A stretch of DNA of 42,651 nucleotides from Actinomycetota bacterium (GCA_046730515.1 JBKPJA010000007.1:1-42651), one strand, 5' to 3'; counted from the stretch's first letter, positions 28,269 to 36,860 are shown. Program-made: numbers and translations. Notes: generated by a model from the sequence alone, not told the origin.

Positions 28269-30773
28269 TTGCGTTGGTTCCGACGTCGCCGACAGGCACC
28301 CGAGCAGGCGCCGATTGAGGCTGCCGCTCCCGATGAAAAACCCGAGCCCGTAATTTCTTCGCCCACCCCTGAGGCGGGCACAACCAAACAAGCAACGAAG
28401 CCGAAGCGCCGCCGCGGTAGCCGAGGTGGCCGCGGCCGCAAGAAGTCGACGACGCCTGCGCCGCAGGCGAAGGCGAGCGAAAAGAAACCGGATCGCAAGT
28501 CGCAGCCGCGCCAGCGCGAGCGGACGCAACAGCAACGGCGGAGGCGCGAAATCGCGAAGCCTCGTCCACTACCGAAGGCGAAGCGCGAGCTCTTGATCTC
28601 CCTCGACGTCGGCGAGCAGCGCGTCGCCGTTCTGGAGGACGACAAGGTCGCGGAGGTCTACCTCGAGCGGCCCGAGCGTCGCTCGATCGCCGGCAACATC
28701 TACCTCGGCACCGTCGACAACGTCCTGCCCGGGATGGAGGCCGCGTTCATCGAGATCGGCCTCGAGAAGAACGGCTTCCTGTACGTCGACGAGATCGTGA
28801 CCCCGGAGCTCGAGGGGAAGGCGCGCTCCGGTCGCAAGATCCAGGATCTGATCAGCCGTGGCGAGACGATCATGGTGCAGGCCGTCAAGGATCCGATGAA
28901 GACGAAAGGCGCGCGGCTGACGACGGAGATCTCGCTTCCCGGCCGCTTCGTCGTCTTCGTTCCGACCGGCGAAGGCCAGGGCGTGTCGCGCAGGCTCGAC
29001 GACGACGAGCGTCAGCGCTTGAAGGAGATCATCAGGCAGATCGCTCCGAAGGACGGCGGCGTGATCGTCCGCACTGCAGCCGAGGGCGCGTCCGCGGAGG
29101 ACGTCGAGCGTGACCTCGTCTTTCTCCAGAAGCTGTGGAAGTCGATCCAGCAGCGCTCCAAGGACGCGCAGGCGCCGGAGCTGATCTACCAGGAGTCCGA
29201 GCTGCCGCTGCGCGTCGTGCGCGACCTCTTCACCGACGACTTCGAGCGCGCGCTGGTCGACAACGAGCGCGCGTACAAACGCATCGTCGGTTACCTCAAG
29301 AAGACGTCCCCGCACATGGTCGAGCGCGTCGTCCGTTACAAGGAGAAGCAGCCGTTGCTGGATGCGTTCGGCGTCGAGTCCGAGATCCGTTCGACGTTGA
29401 GCCGCCGCGTCGATCTTCCGTCAGGCGGCTATCTCGTCTTCGACTACGCGGAGGCGTTCACGGTCATCGACGTCAACACCGGAAGGTTTGTCGGCTCGCG
29501 TGCAAAGGCCGGCGGCGCGCGTCTCGAGGACACGATCACGAAGAACAACCTCGAAGCGGTGAAGGAGGTGGTGCGCCAACTCCGCCTGCGCGACATCGGC
29601 GGCATCATCGTCATCGACTTCATCGACATGGCGAATCCCAAGAACCGCGCGACGGTCGAGGAGGCTCTTCGCACTGAGCTCGAGCGCGACCGCACGAAGA
29701 CGTATGTCGTGGAGATCTCGCCGCTCGGCCTCGTCGAGATGACTCGGCAGAACGTCACCGAAGGCCCGCGCGAGGTGATGACGAAGAAGTGCCCGACCTG
29801 CGGGGGCGACGGGATCGTCGTCTCGGAGGAGACCGCTGCGCTCGACATCGAACGGAGGCTGCGCGCCCTCGCGGCCGGGTCGCGTTCGCAGGCGTACCGG
29901 GTCGAAGTTGCAGCGAAGATCGCATCACTCCTCGTCGGCCCCGGGGCCGAGCGGCTCGTCGAGCTCGAGGCGCAAATGCGGCGCCGGTTCTTCCTCGTCG
30001 GCAAGGACGGCGTACATCTCGATCACTTCCTCGTGCTCGGGGAAGGGAAGCGCGACGACCTTGCGGTCGAGGGGCCGTTCGACGAAGGCGCCGAGGTCGA
30101 GCTGAAGCTCGGCGAGGTCGGTCTCTACGACGCACAGGCCGGCGTCGGGAAGCTCGACGGCTATGACGTCTACGTCGCGGACGCTGCGAAGCTCGTGGGT
30201 AAGAAGGTGAAGGTGCACGTCGAGCGCGTGCTCGACGGCATTGCGTACGCGACGCTCGCTGACGCGCAGAGGCCGGACGAGGCTCCGATCACGGCGGAAC
30301 GCGAGGCGGAGAAGCCCACGCGTGCTCCTGCAAAGAAGCCGCCGCCGAAGGCCGAGGGTGAAGCGACGGAAGAGGCGACGCCGAAGAAGACGGCGCCGAA
30401 GGCCAGGGGTGAAACGACGGAAGAGGCGACGCCGAGGAAGACGCGCCGAGGCTCGCGCGGCGGGCGGGGCCGCAAGAAAAAGACAACGGCCACCGCAGCT
30501 TCCGCGTCAGGGAACGGCGCTGGCGAGGCGCAGCAGGTTGCAAAAATCCACGTCCCCGATCCCTCACTCGGCGAGGACGAGGAAGCCGAAGCGACCGTCG
30601 CGGAGGACGGCGCCGAGGAGCCGAAGCCGAAGCGCAAGACGCGGCGCGGCAGCCGAGGTGGCCGCAATCGGCGCAAGAAGACCACGACGACCACAACCGC
30701 GCAGTCCGAGACCGAGCCGGAATGGGGCTATGTTCCCATGTCGGAGTGGGGCGACGACCTTTCGGAGAAGTGA
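28269..30773 (+). CDS. rne: ribonuclease E/G family endoribonuclease with Arg/Lys-rich N- and C-terminal extensions
   Basis: Has an S1 domain (IYLGTVDNVLPGMEAAFIEIG), the catalytic core (VIDFIDM) and the Zn-link motif CPTCGGDG. The flanking low-complexity basic tails match other actinobacterial RNase E proteins. TTG start. Confidence 0.9.
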   Translation: MRWFRRRRQAPEQAPIEAAAPDEKPEPVISSPTPEAGTTKQATKPKRRRGSRGGRGRKKSTTPAPQAKASEKKPDRKSQPRQRERTQQQRRRREIAKPRPLPKAKRELLISLDVGEQRVAVLEDDKVAEVYLERPERRSIAGNIYLGTVDNVLPGMEAAFIEIGLEKNGFLYVDEIVTPELEGKARSGRKIQDLISRGETIMVQAVKDPMKTKGARLTTEISLPGRFVVFVPTGEGQGVSRRLDDDERQRLKEIIRQIAPKDGGVIVRTAAEGASAEDVERDLVFLQKLWKSIQQRSKDAQAPELIYQESELPLRVVRDLFTDDFERALVDNERAYKRIVGYLKKTSPHMVERVVRYKEKQPLLDAFGVESEIRSTLSRRVDLPSGGYLVFDYAEAFTVIDVNTGRFVGSRAKAGGARLEDTITKNNLEAVKEVVRQLRLRDIGGIIVIDFIDMANPKNRATVEEALRTELERDRTKTYVVEISPLGLVEMTRQNVTEGPREVMTKKCPTCGGDGIVVSEETAALDIERRLRALAAGSRSQAYRVEVAAKIASLLVGPGAERLVELEAQMRRRFFLVGKDGVHLDHFLVLGEGKRDDLAVEGPFDEGAEVELKLGEVGLYDAQAGVGKLDGYDVYVADAAKLVGKKVKVHVERVLDGIAYATLADAQRPDEAPITAEREAEKPTRAPAKKPPPKAEGEATEEATPKKTAPKARGETTEEATPRKTRRGSRGGRGRKKKTTATAASASGNGAGEAQQVAKIHVPDPSLGEDEEAEATVAEDGAEEPKPKRKTRRGSRGGRNRRKKTTTTTTAQSETEPEWGYVPMSEWGDDLSEK
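30345..30446 (+). repeat. in-frame tandem duplication (2 x 51 nt) inside the rne C-terminal tail
   Basis: Unit 30345-30395 and unit 30396-30446 encode PKAEGEATEEATPKKTA and PKARGETTEEATPRKTR. Only a few nucleotide differences separate the units. Confidence 0.85.
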
Positions 30774-30796
30774 ATCTCCGGTAGACTGCCTGCCCT

Positions 30797-30819
30797 CGCG
30801 GGCCGGATGCCCGCGTTTT
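30797..30819 (+). terminator. intrinsic terminator/attenuator-like hairpin between rne and rplU
   Basis: CGCGGGC-CGGAT-GCCCGCG followed by TTTT. It ends 8 nt before the rplU ATG. Confidence 0.5.
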
Positions 30820-30826
30820 CCACGTC

Positions 30827-31399
30827 ATGGCTACGAAGTCGAAATCCGACAGCTACGCGATCATCGCCGTAGGCGGCAAGCAGTACGTCGTCCGCGAAGG
30901 CGATCAGCTGCTCGTGGACCGGCTCGCGACGGACGAGGGGAAGACCTTCCATCCCGACATCCTGTTCGTCGGCGGCGACGGCAAGGCGCAGCTCAATCCG
31001 AGCGGGACGACCGTGACAGCGCGCGTCGTCGGCCATGCGCTCGGCGACAAGGTGCGCATCGGCAAGTACCGGCCGAAGACGGGCTACAAGCGACACACCG
31101 GCTTCCGCGCGAAGCTGTCGCAGATCGAAATCGAGGCGATCGGCGCAGGCAAGCGGACAGCCGCGGCGAAGCCCGCCGAAACCCCCAAGCAACAGACCGC
31201 GACAAGGCCGGCGCAGGCTGCCACCCAGCCGCCGCGGGGCTATGCGGAATTCACGGTGGCCGAGATTACGGAGAAGGCGAAGCGATGGAAGCTCGAGTCG
31301 GTCGAGGCAGCGCTCGGGTACGAGCGTGCGCACGCGCAGCGGAAGGGCGCAATCGCTACGCTCGAATCGGTGCTCGAGGCGAAGAAGGAGAAGCAGTAG
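30827..31399 (+). CDS. rplU: 50S ribosomal protein L21 with ~85-aa C-terminal extension
   Basis: The YAIIAVGGKQYVVREGD core covers about 105 aa, and the frame continues another ~85 aa. Its stop codon abuts the rpmA ATG (TAGATG). Confidence 0.9.
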   Translation: MATKSKSDSYAIIAVGGKQYVVREGDQLLVDRLATDEGKTFHPDILFVGGDGKAQLNPSGTTVTARVVGHALGDKVRIGKYRPKTGYKRHTGFRAKLSQIEIEAIGAGKRTAAAKPAETPKQQTATRPAQAATQPPRGYAEFTVAEITEKAKRWKLESVEAALGYERAHAQRKGAIATLESVLEAKKEKQ

Positions 31400-31654
31400 A
31401 TGGCACACAAAAAGGGACTCGGCTCGTCGCGCAACGGCCGCGATTCGAACCCCAAGATGCTCGGCGTGAAGATCTTCTCCGGCCAGGACGTCAAGGCGGG
31501 GATGATCCTCGTGCGCCAGCGCGGAACAAAGTTCCGTCCGGGTGACGGCACAGGTATCGGCCGCGACGACACGATCTTCGCGACGCGCAACGGGACGGTC
31601 GCGTTCCGCTCCAGCGGCGAGAAGCGATTCGTCGAAGTCAACGGCGCGGAGTAA
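31400..31654 (+). CDS. rpmA: 50S ribosomal protein L27
   Basis: [24 protein letters not shown] is the canonical L27 N-terminus; 84 aa. Confidence 0.97.
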   Translation: MAHKKGLGSSRNGRDSNPKMLGVKIFSGQDVKAGMILVRQRGTKFRPGDGTGIGRDDTIFATRNGTVAFRSSGEKRFVEVNGAE

Positions 31655-31660
31655 AAACGC

Positions 31661-32851
31661 ATGTTTCACGACCGCGCCCGCATTCACGTGCAGGCGGGGC
31701 GCGGCGGCGACGGCAGCCTCCACTTCAGGCGTGAGAAGCATGTCCCGAAGGGCGGTCCCGACGGAGGTGACGGCGGCCGCGGCGGCGACGTCGTCTTCCT
31801 CGCGGATCCCGATCTGCGCGACCTCTCGTCGTTTCGACGACGTCGGTGGTTTGCCGCGGGAAGGGGCGAACCGGGCCGCAGCTCGTTGAAGCACGGCGCG
31901 GCCGGTGAGCCGATCGAGCTCCGCGTACCCGTCGGCACGCAGGTGTTCGATGCGGACGACCAGCTGATCGCCGACCTCGCGACTGCAGGTGCACGCGTCA
32001 CGGCGGCGCGCGGTGGGCTCGGCGGCCGCGGGAACAAGCGCTTCGCGACACCGACGCGGCGGACACCGCGCTTCGCCGAGACCGGTATCCCCGGCGAGGA
32101 AGCGGACTTCGAGCTTCGGCTCAAGCTGATGGCCGACGCCGCGCTCGCGGGTCTACCGAACGCAGGCAAATCGTCACTGCTCGCACGGATCTCCAACGCG
32201 CGGCCGAAGGTCGCCGAGTATCCGTTCACGACGATCGAGCCGGTGCTCGGCACGGTCGATTCGCCTGACGGCGCGCGGCAGCTCACCGTCGCCGACGTCC
32301 CCGGTTTGATCGAAGGAGCAAGCGAGGGCGTCGGGCTTGGTCACGCATTCCTCGCGCACCTCGAGCGCGCCCGATTGTTGCTGCACGTAATCGACGCGTC
32401 GGAGGGTGACGCAGACGAGCGTTGGCACGCAATCGACCGCGAGCTCGCGGCGTACGGCGCCGGGCTGGACGAGCGTGCACAGGTCGTCGTCCTGAACAAG
32501 ATCGACCTCGAGCCGGATCCCGCGTTTTCCGTCGACGACCCCCGCATCGTTCGCGTGTTTCGCGTGTCGTGTGCGACCGGGGCGGGCGTCGAGGAGCTGA
32601 AACGCTCGCTCTTTCAGCTCTGTCCGCCGGCCGAGACTCCGTTCGCGGAAGCTGACGGCCTCGTCGACTTCCTCGTCTACCGGCCGCGTCCGAATGCGCG
32701 GCACTATCGGATCCTGCGCACCGACCGCGGTTTCCGCATCGCGGGTCGGCCACCGACCGACGACGCGGAGCTCGAGGCAGCGCTGAAAGCCGCAGGCGCA
32801 CGCAAGGGAGACGAGGTCGAGGTCGAGGGCGAGGTGCGTGAGTGGGGCTAA
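31661..32851 (+). CDS. obg: GTPase Obg
   Basis: Has the Gly-rich Obg fold (GGDGSLHFRREKHVPKGGPDGGDGGRGG), G1 LPNAGKSSLL and G3 DVPGLIEGAS. Confidence 0.95.
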   Translation: MFHDRARIHVQAGRGGDGSLHFRREKHVPKGGPDGGDGGRGGDVVFLADPDLRDLSSFRRRRWFAAGRGEPGRSSLKHGAAGEPIELRVPVGTQVFDADDQLIADLATAGARVTAARGGLGGRGNKRFATPTRRTPRFAETGIPGEEADFELRLKLMADAALAGLPNAGKSSLLARISNARPKVAEYPFTTIEPVLGTVDSPDGARQLTVADVPGLIEGASEGVGLGHAFLAHLERARLLLHVIDASEGDADERWHAIDRELAAYGAGLDERAQVVVLNKIDLEPDPAFSVDDPRIVRVFRVSCATGAGVEELKRSLFQLCPPAETPFAEADGLVDFLVYRPRPNARHYRILRTDRGFRIAGRPPTDDAELEAALKAAGARKGDEVEVEGEVREWG

Positions 32852-33537
32852 CGGTCGCCGCGTTCTACGACGTTCACGGCAACCTGCCCGCGCTCGATGC
32901 CGTGCTCGCAGAGTCGGATGTCGTTGCTGCTGACGCGGTCGTCTTCGGCGGCGATCTCCTCTGGGGGCCGTGGCCGGCGGAGTGTCTCGAGCGCGCAGAT
33001 TCGCTCGGCGATCGGACCCACTTTGTCCGCGGTAACTGCGAGACGCTCGTTCTCGAAAGCGCGTCCGCAGACCATTCGTGGGCGCGGGATCGATTGGACG
33101 AAGAACACCTGACACGGATCTCGCGTTGGCCTTCGGCTCTCAGCCTCGATGTGGACGGCCTCGGACCGACGCTCTTCTGTCACGCCACACCTCGCAGCGA
33201 GGAAGAGATCCTCACGCCGGAGTCGGCGGAGAGTGAGTGGCGCGACGCACTCGCCAGGGTGACGCAACGAACCGTCGTCTGTGGCCACACGCATCTGCAG
33301 TTCGACTTCTCGGTGACCGGAAGACGCGTCGTCAATCCTGGCAGCGTCGGCGCGCCAACCGTTCGTCCAGTCGCCTGGTGGGCTTTGCTCGGCGCGGGCG
33401 TCGAGTTACGGACGAGCGCGTACGACACCGAAGGCGCGATCGAGGCGGCAAGCGCGTTCCTCCCGGATGTCACCGGCTTCGCGAGGTGGCTCCGTGAGAC
33501 GCCGTCGTACGAGTCGCGCGTTTCGAGCCTGGCATGA
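32842..33537 (+). CDS. metallophosphoesterase family protein (YfcE/MJ0936-like)
   Basis: Has the motifs DVHGN, GGDL, GNCE, GHTH and NPGSVG in the canonical order. The GTG start overlaps the obg 3' end. Confidence 0.75.
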   Translation: MGLTVAAFYDVHGNLPALDAVLAESDVVAADAVVFGGDLLWGPWPAECLERADSLGDRTHFVRGNCETLVLESASADHSWARDRLDEEHLTRISRWPSALSLDVDGLGPTLFCHATPRSEEEILTPESAESEWRDALARVTQRTVVCGHTHLQFDFSVTGRRVVNPGSVGAPTVRPVAWWALLGAGVELRTSAYDTEGAIEAASAFLPDVTGFARWLRETPSYESRVSSLA

Positions 33538-34085
33538 CCGGTGTGCTCGGCGGAGCGTTCGATCCACCGCACAACGGTCATATCGAACTCGCGCGGGCGG
33601 CAAACGAACAGTTCGACTTCGACGAGTTCGTGATCCTCGTCACCGAACACCCGGGTCACAAGGACGTCGCCGCGGATGCCGTAACGCGGTTGCGGCTCGC
33701 TCGTGCTGCTTTCCCCGACTACGAGGTCGAGCCCGATCCACACGCGCGCACGATCGACCTGCTTCGCGCTGCCCGGTGGAGCGATCCGCTGTTCCTCATC
33801 GGTGCAGACGAGTTCTGCGACTTCCTCGAGTGGAAGGAACCGAATGCCGTCCTCGAGCGCGTGCGCCTCGCGGTCGCAACCCGGCCGGGCAATCCACAGG
33901 ATCGGCTCGACGCCGTCCTGGCCGAGCTCGAACATCCGGAACGTGTGCTCTTCTTCGAGATCGAGCCGCTTCCCATCTCATCTCGCGAGGTGCGGGAGCG
34001 CGTCGGTCGCGGTGAGCCGATCGACGATTTGGTGCCAGCTCGCGTCGCCGAGCTGATCGCGGAGCTGGGCCTGTACCGTGGCTAA
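33534..34085 (+). CDS. nadD: nicotinate-nucleotide adenylyltransferase
   Basis: GGAFDPPHNGH ((H/T)xGH nucleotidyltransferase motif) and ISSREVRERV near the C-terminus. Confidence 0.9.
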   Translation: MTGVLGGAFDPPHNGHIELARAANEQFDFDEFVILVTEHPGHKDVAADAVTRLRLARAAFPDYEVEPDPHARTIDLLRAARWSDPLFLIGADEFCDFLEWKEPNAVLERVRLAVATRPGNPQDRLDAVLAELEHPERVLFFEIEPLPISSREVRERVGRGEPIDDLVPARVAELIAELGLYRG

Positions 34086-34452
34086 CATTCGAGCTCTGAC
34101 AGCGCTCGAACAAGCACGCCGCATCGCCGGCATCGCCCAGGACAAGCTGGCGCGAGACGTGGTCATCCTCGACATGCGGCCGGCGTGCAGCTACACGGAC
34201 TTCTTCGTCATCTGCACGGGCCAGAACCCGCGGCAGACCGCTGCGATCTACGACGAGGTGCACCTGCGGCTGAAGGACGACGTGCGTCTGCTGCCGCAGT
34301 CGGTCGACGGCGCGCAGGAGTCCACGTGGATCGTCGCGGACTACCTCGACGTCGTCCTGCACATCTTCACCCCCGACGCGCGCGCGTACTACCGGCTCGA
34401 AGAGCTGTGGGGCGACGTACCGAACGTCGAGGTCGAGGCCGCAACGGCTTAG
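34078..34452 (+). CDS. rsfS: ribosome silencing factor RsfS
   Basis: 124 aa with the Iojap/RsfS pattern (DVVILDMRPACSYTDFFVICTG.., WIVADYLDVVLHIF). It overlaps the nadD stop codon. Confidence 0.9.
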   Translation: MANIRALTALEQARRIAGIAQDKLARDVVILDMRPACSYTDFFVICTGQNPRQTAAIYDEVHLRLKDDVRLLPQSVDGAQESTWIVADYLDVVLHIFTPDARAYYRLEELWGDVPNVEVEAATA

Positions 34453-34465
34453 GAGCACCTAACAA

Positions 34466-34507
34466 GGGTCAGCAGACCCCCTCCGGGGGTCTGACCCCTT
34501 TTCTGTT
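34466..34507 (+). terminator. intrinsic terminator after rsfS
   Basis: GGGTCAG(CAG)ACCCCC - TCC - GGGGGTCTGACCC hairpin followed by CTTTTCTGTT. Confidence 0.55.
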
Positions 34508-34518
34508 CGAGGTACACT
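34491..34518 (+). promoter_or_regulatory. candidate promoter of tRNA-Ala
   Basis: TACACT (34513-34518) lies 11 nt upstream of the mature tRNA 5' end. A -35-like CTGACC (34491-34496) sits at 16-nt spacing and is embedded in the 3' arm of the rsfS terminator. Confidence 0.3.
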
Positions 34519-34529
34519 GGCGCGACCCA

Positions 34530-34602
34530 GGGGCCATAGCTCAGTTGGGAGAGCGTCTGGCTGGCAGCCAGAAGGTCGCCGGTTCGAGCCCGGCTGGCTC
34601 CA
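34530..34602 (+). tRNA. tRNA-Ala (anticodon GGC)
   Basis: Manual 73-nt cloverleaf. Acceptor GGGGCCA/TGGCTCC with the G3:U70 alanine identity pair; D-arm GCTC-AGTTGGGA-GAGC; anticodon loop CTGGCAG; T-arm GCCGG-TTCGAGC-CCGGC; discriminator A. No CCA is encoded. Confidence 0.92.
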
Positions 34603-34603
34603 T

Positions 34604-34876
34604 GTGAATCGCGTGAACGATCGCGGTGGCTGGCCTACCGACGCGTCGATCGATCGTTCCGAGCACGAGCTCGAGGATTGGGAGGTGCTCACCGACGCGC
34701 TCGTCGGCGCGCTCGCCGTGCGCGGCGTCATGAACGTCGACGAGCTGCGCCGCGGGATTGAGAGCATGCCGCGCGAGGAGTACGAGCGCGCCTCCTACTA
34801 CGAGCGTTGGCTGTCCTCGATGGAGACGATCCTCACCGAGAAAGGCATCCTCGGGCCGGGCGAGCTCGACGAGTGA
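34604..34876 (+). CDS. nitrile hydratase beta-subunit-like protein, N-terminal-half homolog
   Basis: MNRVNDRGGW parallels the canonical NHase beta start MDG[IV]HD[LT]GG. ..EDWE.., RRGIESMPREEY and SYYERWLSSMETILTEKGI parallel the beta helical N-domain (recalled R. rhodochrous sequence). Confidence 0.75.
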   Translation: MNRVNDRGGWPTDASIDRSEHELEDWEVLTDALVGALAVRGVMNVDELRRGIESMPREEYERASYYERWLSSMETILTEKGILGPGELDE

Positions 34877-35151
34877 GCTACCGGCCTGGGCAGCGGGTTC
34901 GAATCGACGCGCGCGATCACGAAGGCCATCACCGCACGCCCGGTTACCTCAAGGGAAAAACCGGCACGATCGAGCGCGTGTACGACTCCTTCACGAATCC
35001 GGAAACACGCGCGTACGGCGGCGACGGTCTCCCGAAGCAGACGCTGTATCTCGTCGGCTTTCGGCAGCGTGACGTCTGGTCTGACTATGGCGGACGCGAC
35101 AGCGACAGGATCTACGCCGACATCTTCGACCACTGGCTCGAGCAGGCATAA
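34873..35151 (+). CDS. nitrile hydratase beta-subunit-like protein, C-terminal SH3-like-half homolog
   Basis: YRPGQRVRI..GHHRTPGYLKGKTGTIERV..PE..G..LPKQTLYLVGF..RDVW....DIFDHWLEQA is colinear with the NHase beta C-terminal domain. The GTG start overlaps the upstream stop codon (GTGA). Confidence 0.75.
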   Translation: MSYRPGQRVRIDARDHEGHHRTPGYLKGKTGTIERVYDSFTNPETRAYGGDGLPKQTLYLVGFRQRDVWSDYGGRDSDRIYADIFDHWLEQA

Positions 35152-35153
35152 AA

Positions 35154-35187
35154 GAGGGACAGGCCCCCTCTCGGGGGCCTGTCCCTC
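35154..35187. terminator. bidirectional terminator hairpin between convergent genes
   Basis: Perfect 15-bp stem GAGGGACAGGCCCCC / GGGGGCCTGTCCCTC with loop TCTC. It lies between the stop codons at 35151 (+) and 35209 (-). Confidence 0.7.
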
Positions 35188-35208
35188 TCACTTCCGAGCC
35201 GATTCGGT

Positions 35209-36843
35209 CTACTCGGGTGGAATCTCCGCATAGACGCGGTCGATGTCCACGCCCTGCGACCGACGGAAATAGCGTGCTCCGAGGTACCAGAGCAGGCCGA
35301 ACGCCACCGTGCCGCCGAGCCAGTAACCGAGGTTGGCCTCGGTCTTCACGCCGAAGAACGGGTAGTTGATCAACGCCCAGTAGAGGAACGCCGTCGTCAG
35401 CAAGCAGCCGATGCCGGCGATCACCGACAGCGGAATTCCGGCGATCTCCTTCGCCGAGACCGACGCTTGGTACAGCGCCCTGCGTCGATATGGAAAGGCG
35501 ATCGCGGAGAAGCCGATCAGAGTGTGAGTGATCAGCTGCGCAAGCGTCGCGTAGGCGATCACCTGGAAGAAGTTCTTCGCAACGTAGACCGCCCAGGCAA
35601 ACGCGGCGATTGCGCCGGCGATCGTGATCACGGTCGCGATCAGGGGGACGCCGCGGCGAGTCACACCCGCGACCTGCTTGGGCATGATCCCGTCGAACGA
35701 CCACGCGAACAGCGTGCGCGGCGGCTGGAGCGCGGTTTCCGCGATGATCACCGGCCAGAAGAGCACGAACGTGAGCACCATGAAGATCGCAAACGCCGTG
35801 TTCCCTACCTGGAACGAGCTGAGTGCGAAGTACGCTCCGGAGGTTCCGAGCTGCGACGGCAGTCCACCCGCGTTGGCCGCGGTAAGGAAGTCCTTGCCGA
35901 AGCCGTAGAAGAAGATCGCGACGAAGACGATCACGCTGACCAGAATCAGCATGCTCGCGGCACCCATGCGGTTCGCTGTCTTCAGCGAGTTCCCCTGACG
36001 CAACTCACCGGCGAAGAACGTCGACCAGTACGCGTAGATCGAGATGCTCGCAATCACCGCGATCACCGGGATCGTCTTCGTAAACGAGAACGCCGGATGC
36101 ACGTTGACCCCGTTCTTCTGTGCCGCGGCGATCGTCGCGTGGTACGTGTCGGGATTCCCGGTATAGGGCTTCGCCAGCGAGTTGAAGTCGCCGATGAACG
36201 AGTGCTTGCCGGCAAACAAGGCGACGAGCGTCGCGATGATCAGGCCGAACAGCGAGAAGCCGAGCAGCGTGAACATGAAGCGCTTCGCCCAGGTCCAGCC
36301 CGCCCCGACCGCGATCCCCGCCACGATGATCGCGGCACAGCCGAGGCCGAACTGCCAGTTGTGGCTCGAAGCCACGGTGTTCCCCCAGCTCACGAGCTTG
36401 TGATGGTGTCCGACGACGCCGATCACGATCAGGCCCGGGGCGACCGCCGCCACCACGAAGAACAGCGCCTCGAACGCCATCGAGAGGAAGCTCGACAGCG
36501 AGATGCACGAGGCGGAGATAGTCCCTAACGCCGGGTGCAGCGTGCGGCTGACGATGACGTAGTCACCGCCCGAGCGCGGGATCGCCGCGGTCATGAAGCC
36601 GAAGGAATAGACGACGCCGAGCGCGAGCGGAATCGTCAGCAGTGCCGCCAGCAGGAAGTTCCCGCCCGGGAATCCCGCGAGAGCGCCGAAGAGCGCGATC
36701 CCGATCACGAACGGCGGCGCGCCCGTAATGAAGTTGATCGCCATCGCCTGCCACGGCTTCACCTCCCGCACCAGGCCGGTGGATTGACGCACGAACATCG
36801 CCGGCTGGGCCGGTGCGGCCGCGCGCGAAGCATCTGTTGCCAC
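35209..36843 (-). CDS. APC superfamily amino acid/polyamine-type permease
   Basis: 544-aa polytopic protein with at least 12 hydrophobic segments and an APC-like pattern. GAGGAGGG lies upstream of the ATG. Confidence 0.85.
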   Translation of the reverse strand: MATDASRAAAPAQPAMFVRQSTGLVREVKPWQAMAINFITGAPPFVIGIALFGALAGFPGGNFLLAALLTIPLALGVVYSFGFMTAAIPRSGGDYVIVSRTLHPALGTISASCISLSSFLSMAFEALFFVVAAVAPGLIVIGVVGHHHKLVSWGNTVASSHNWQFGLGCAAIIVAGIAVGAGWTWAKRFMFTLLGFSLFGLIIATLVALFAGKHSFIGDFNSLAKPYTGNPDTYHATIAAAQKNGVNVHPAFSFTKTIPVIAVIASISIYAYWSTFFAGELRQGNSLKTANRMGAASMLILVSVIVFVAIFFYGFGKDFLTAANAGGLPSQLGTSGAYFALSSFQVGNTAFAIFMVLTFVLFWPVIIAETALQPPRTLFAWSFDGIMPKQVAGVTRRGVPLIATVITIAGAIAAFAWAVYVAKNFFQVIAYATLAQLITHTLIGFSAIAFPYRRRALYQASVSAKEIAGIPLSVIAGIGCLLTTAFLYWALINYPFFGVKTEANLGYWLGGTVAFGLLWYLGARYFRRSQGVDIDRVYAEIPPE

Positions 36844-36860
36844 TGTCCCTCCTCTCTCGA

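Noticed and set aside
28398-30690. Repeated about 40-nt GC-rich segments, considered as a possible CRISPR or other repeat array.
   Set aside because: The copies are in frame inside rne and encode the RRGSRGGRGRKK motif. Their spacing is irregular (about 2 kb, then about 0.2 kb). They are protein-level repeats, not an array.
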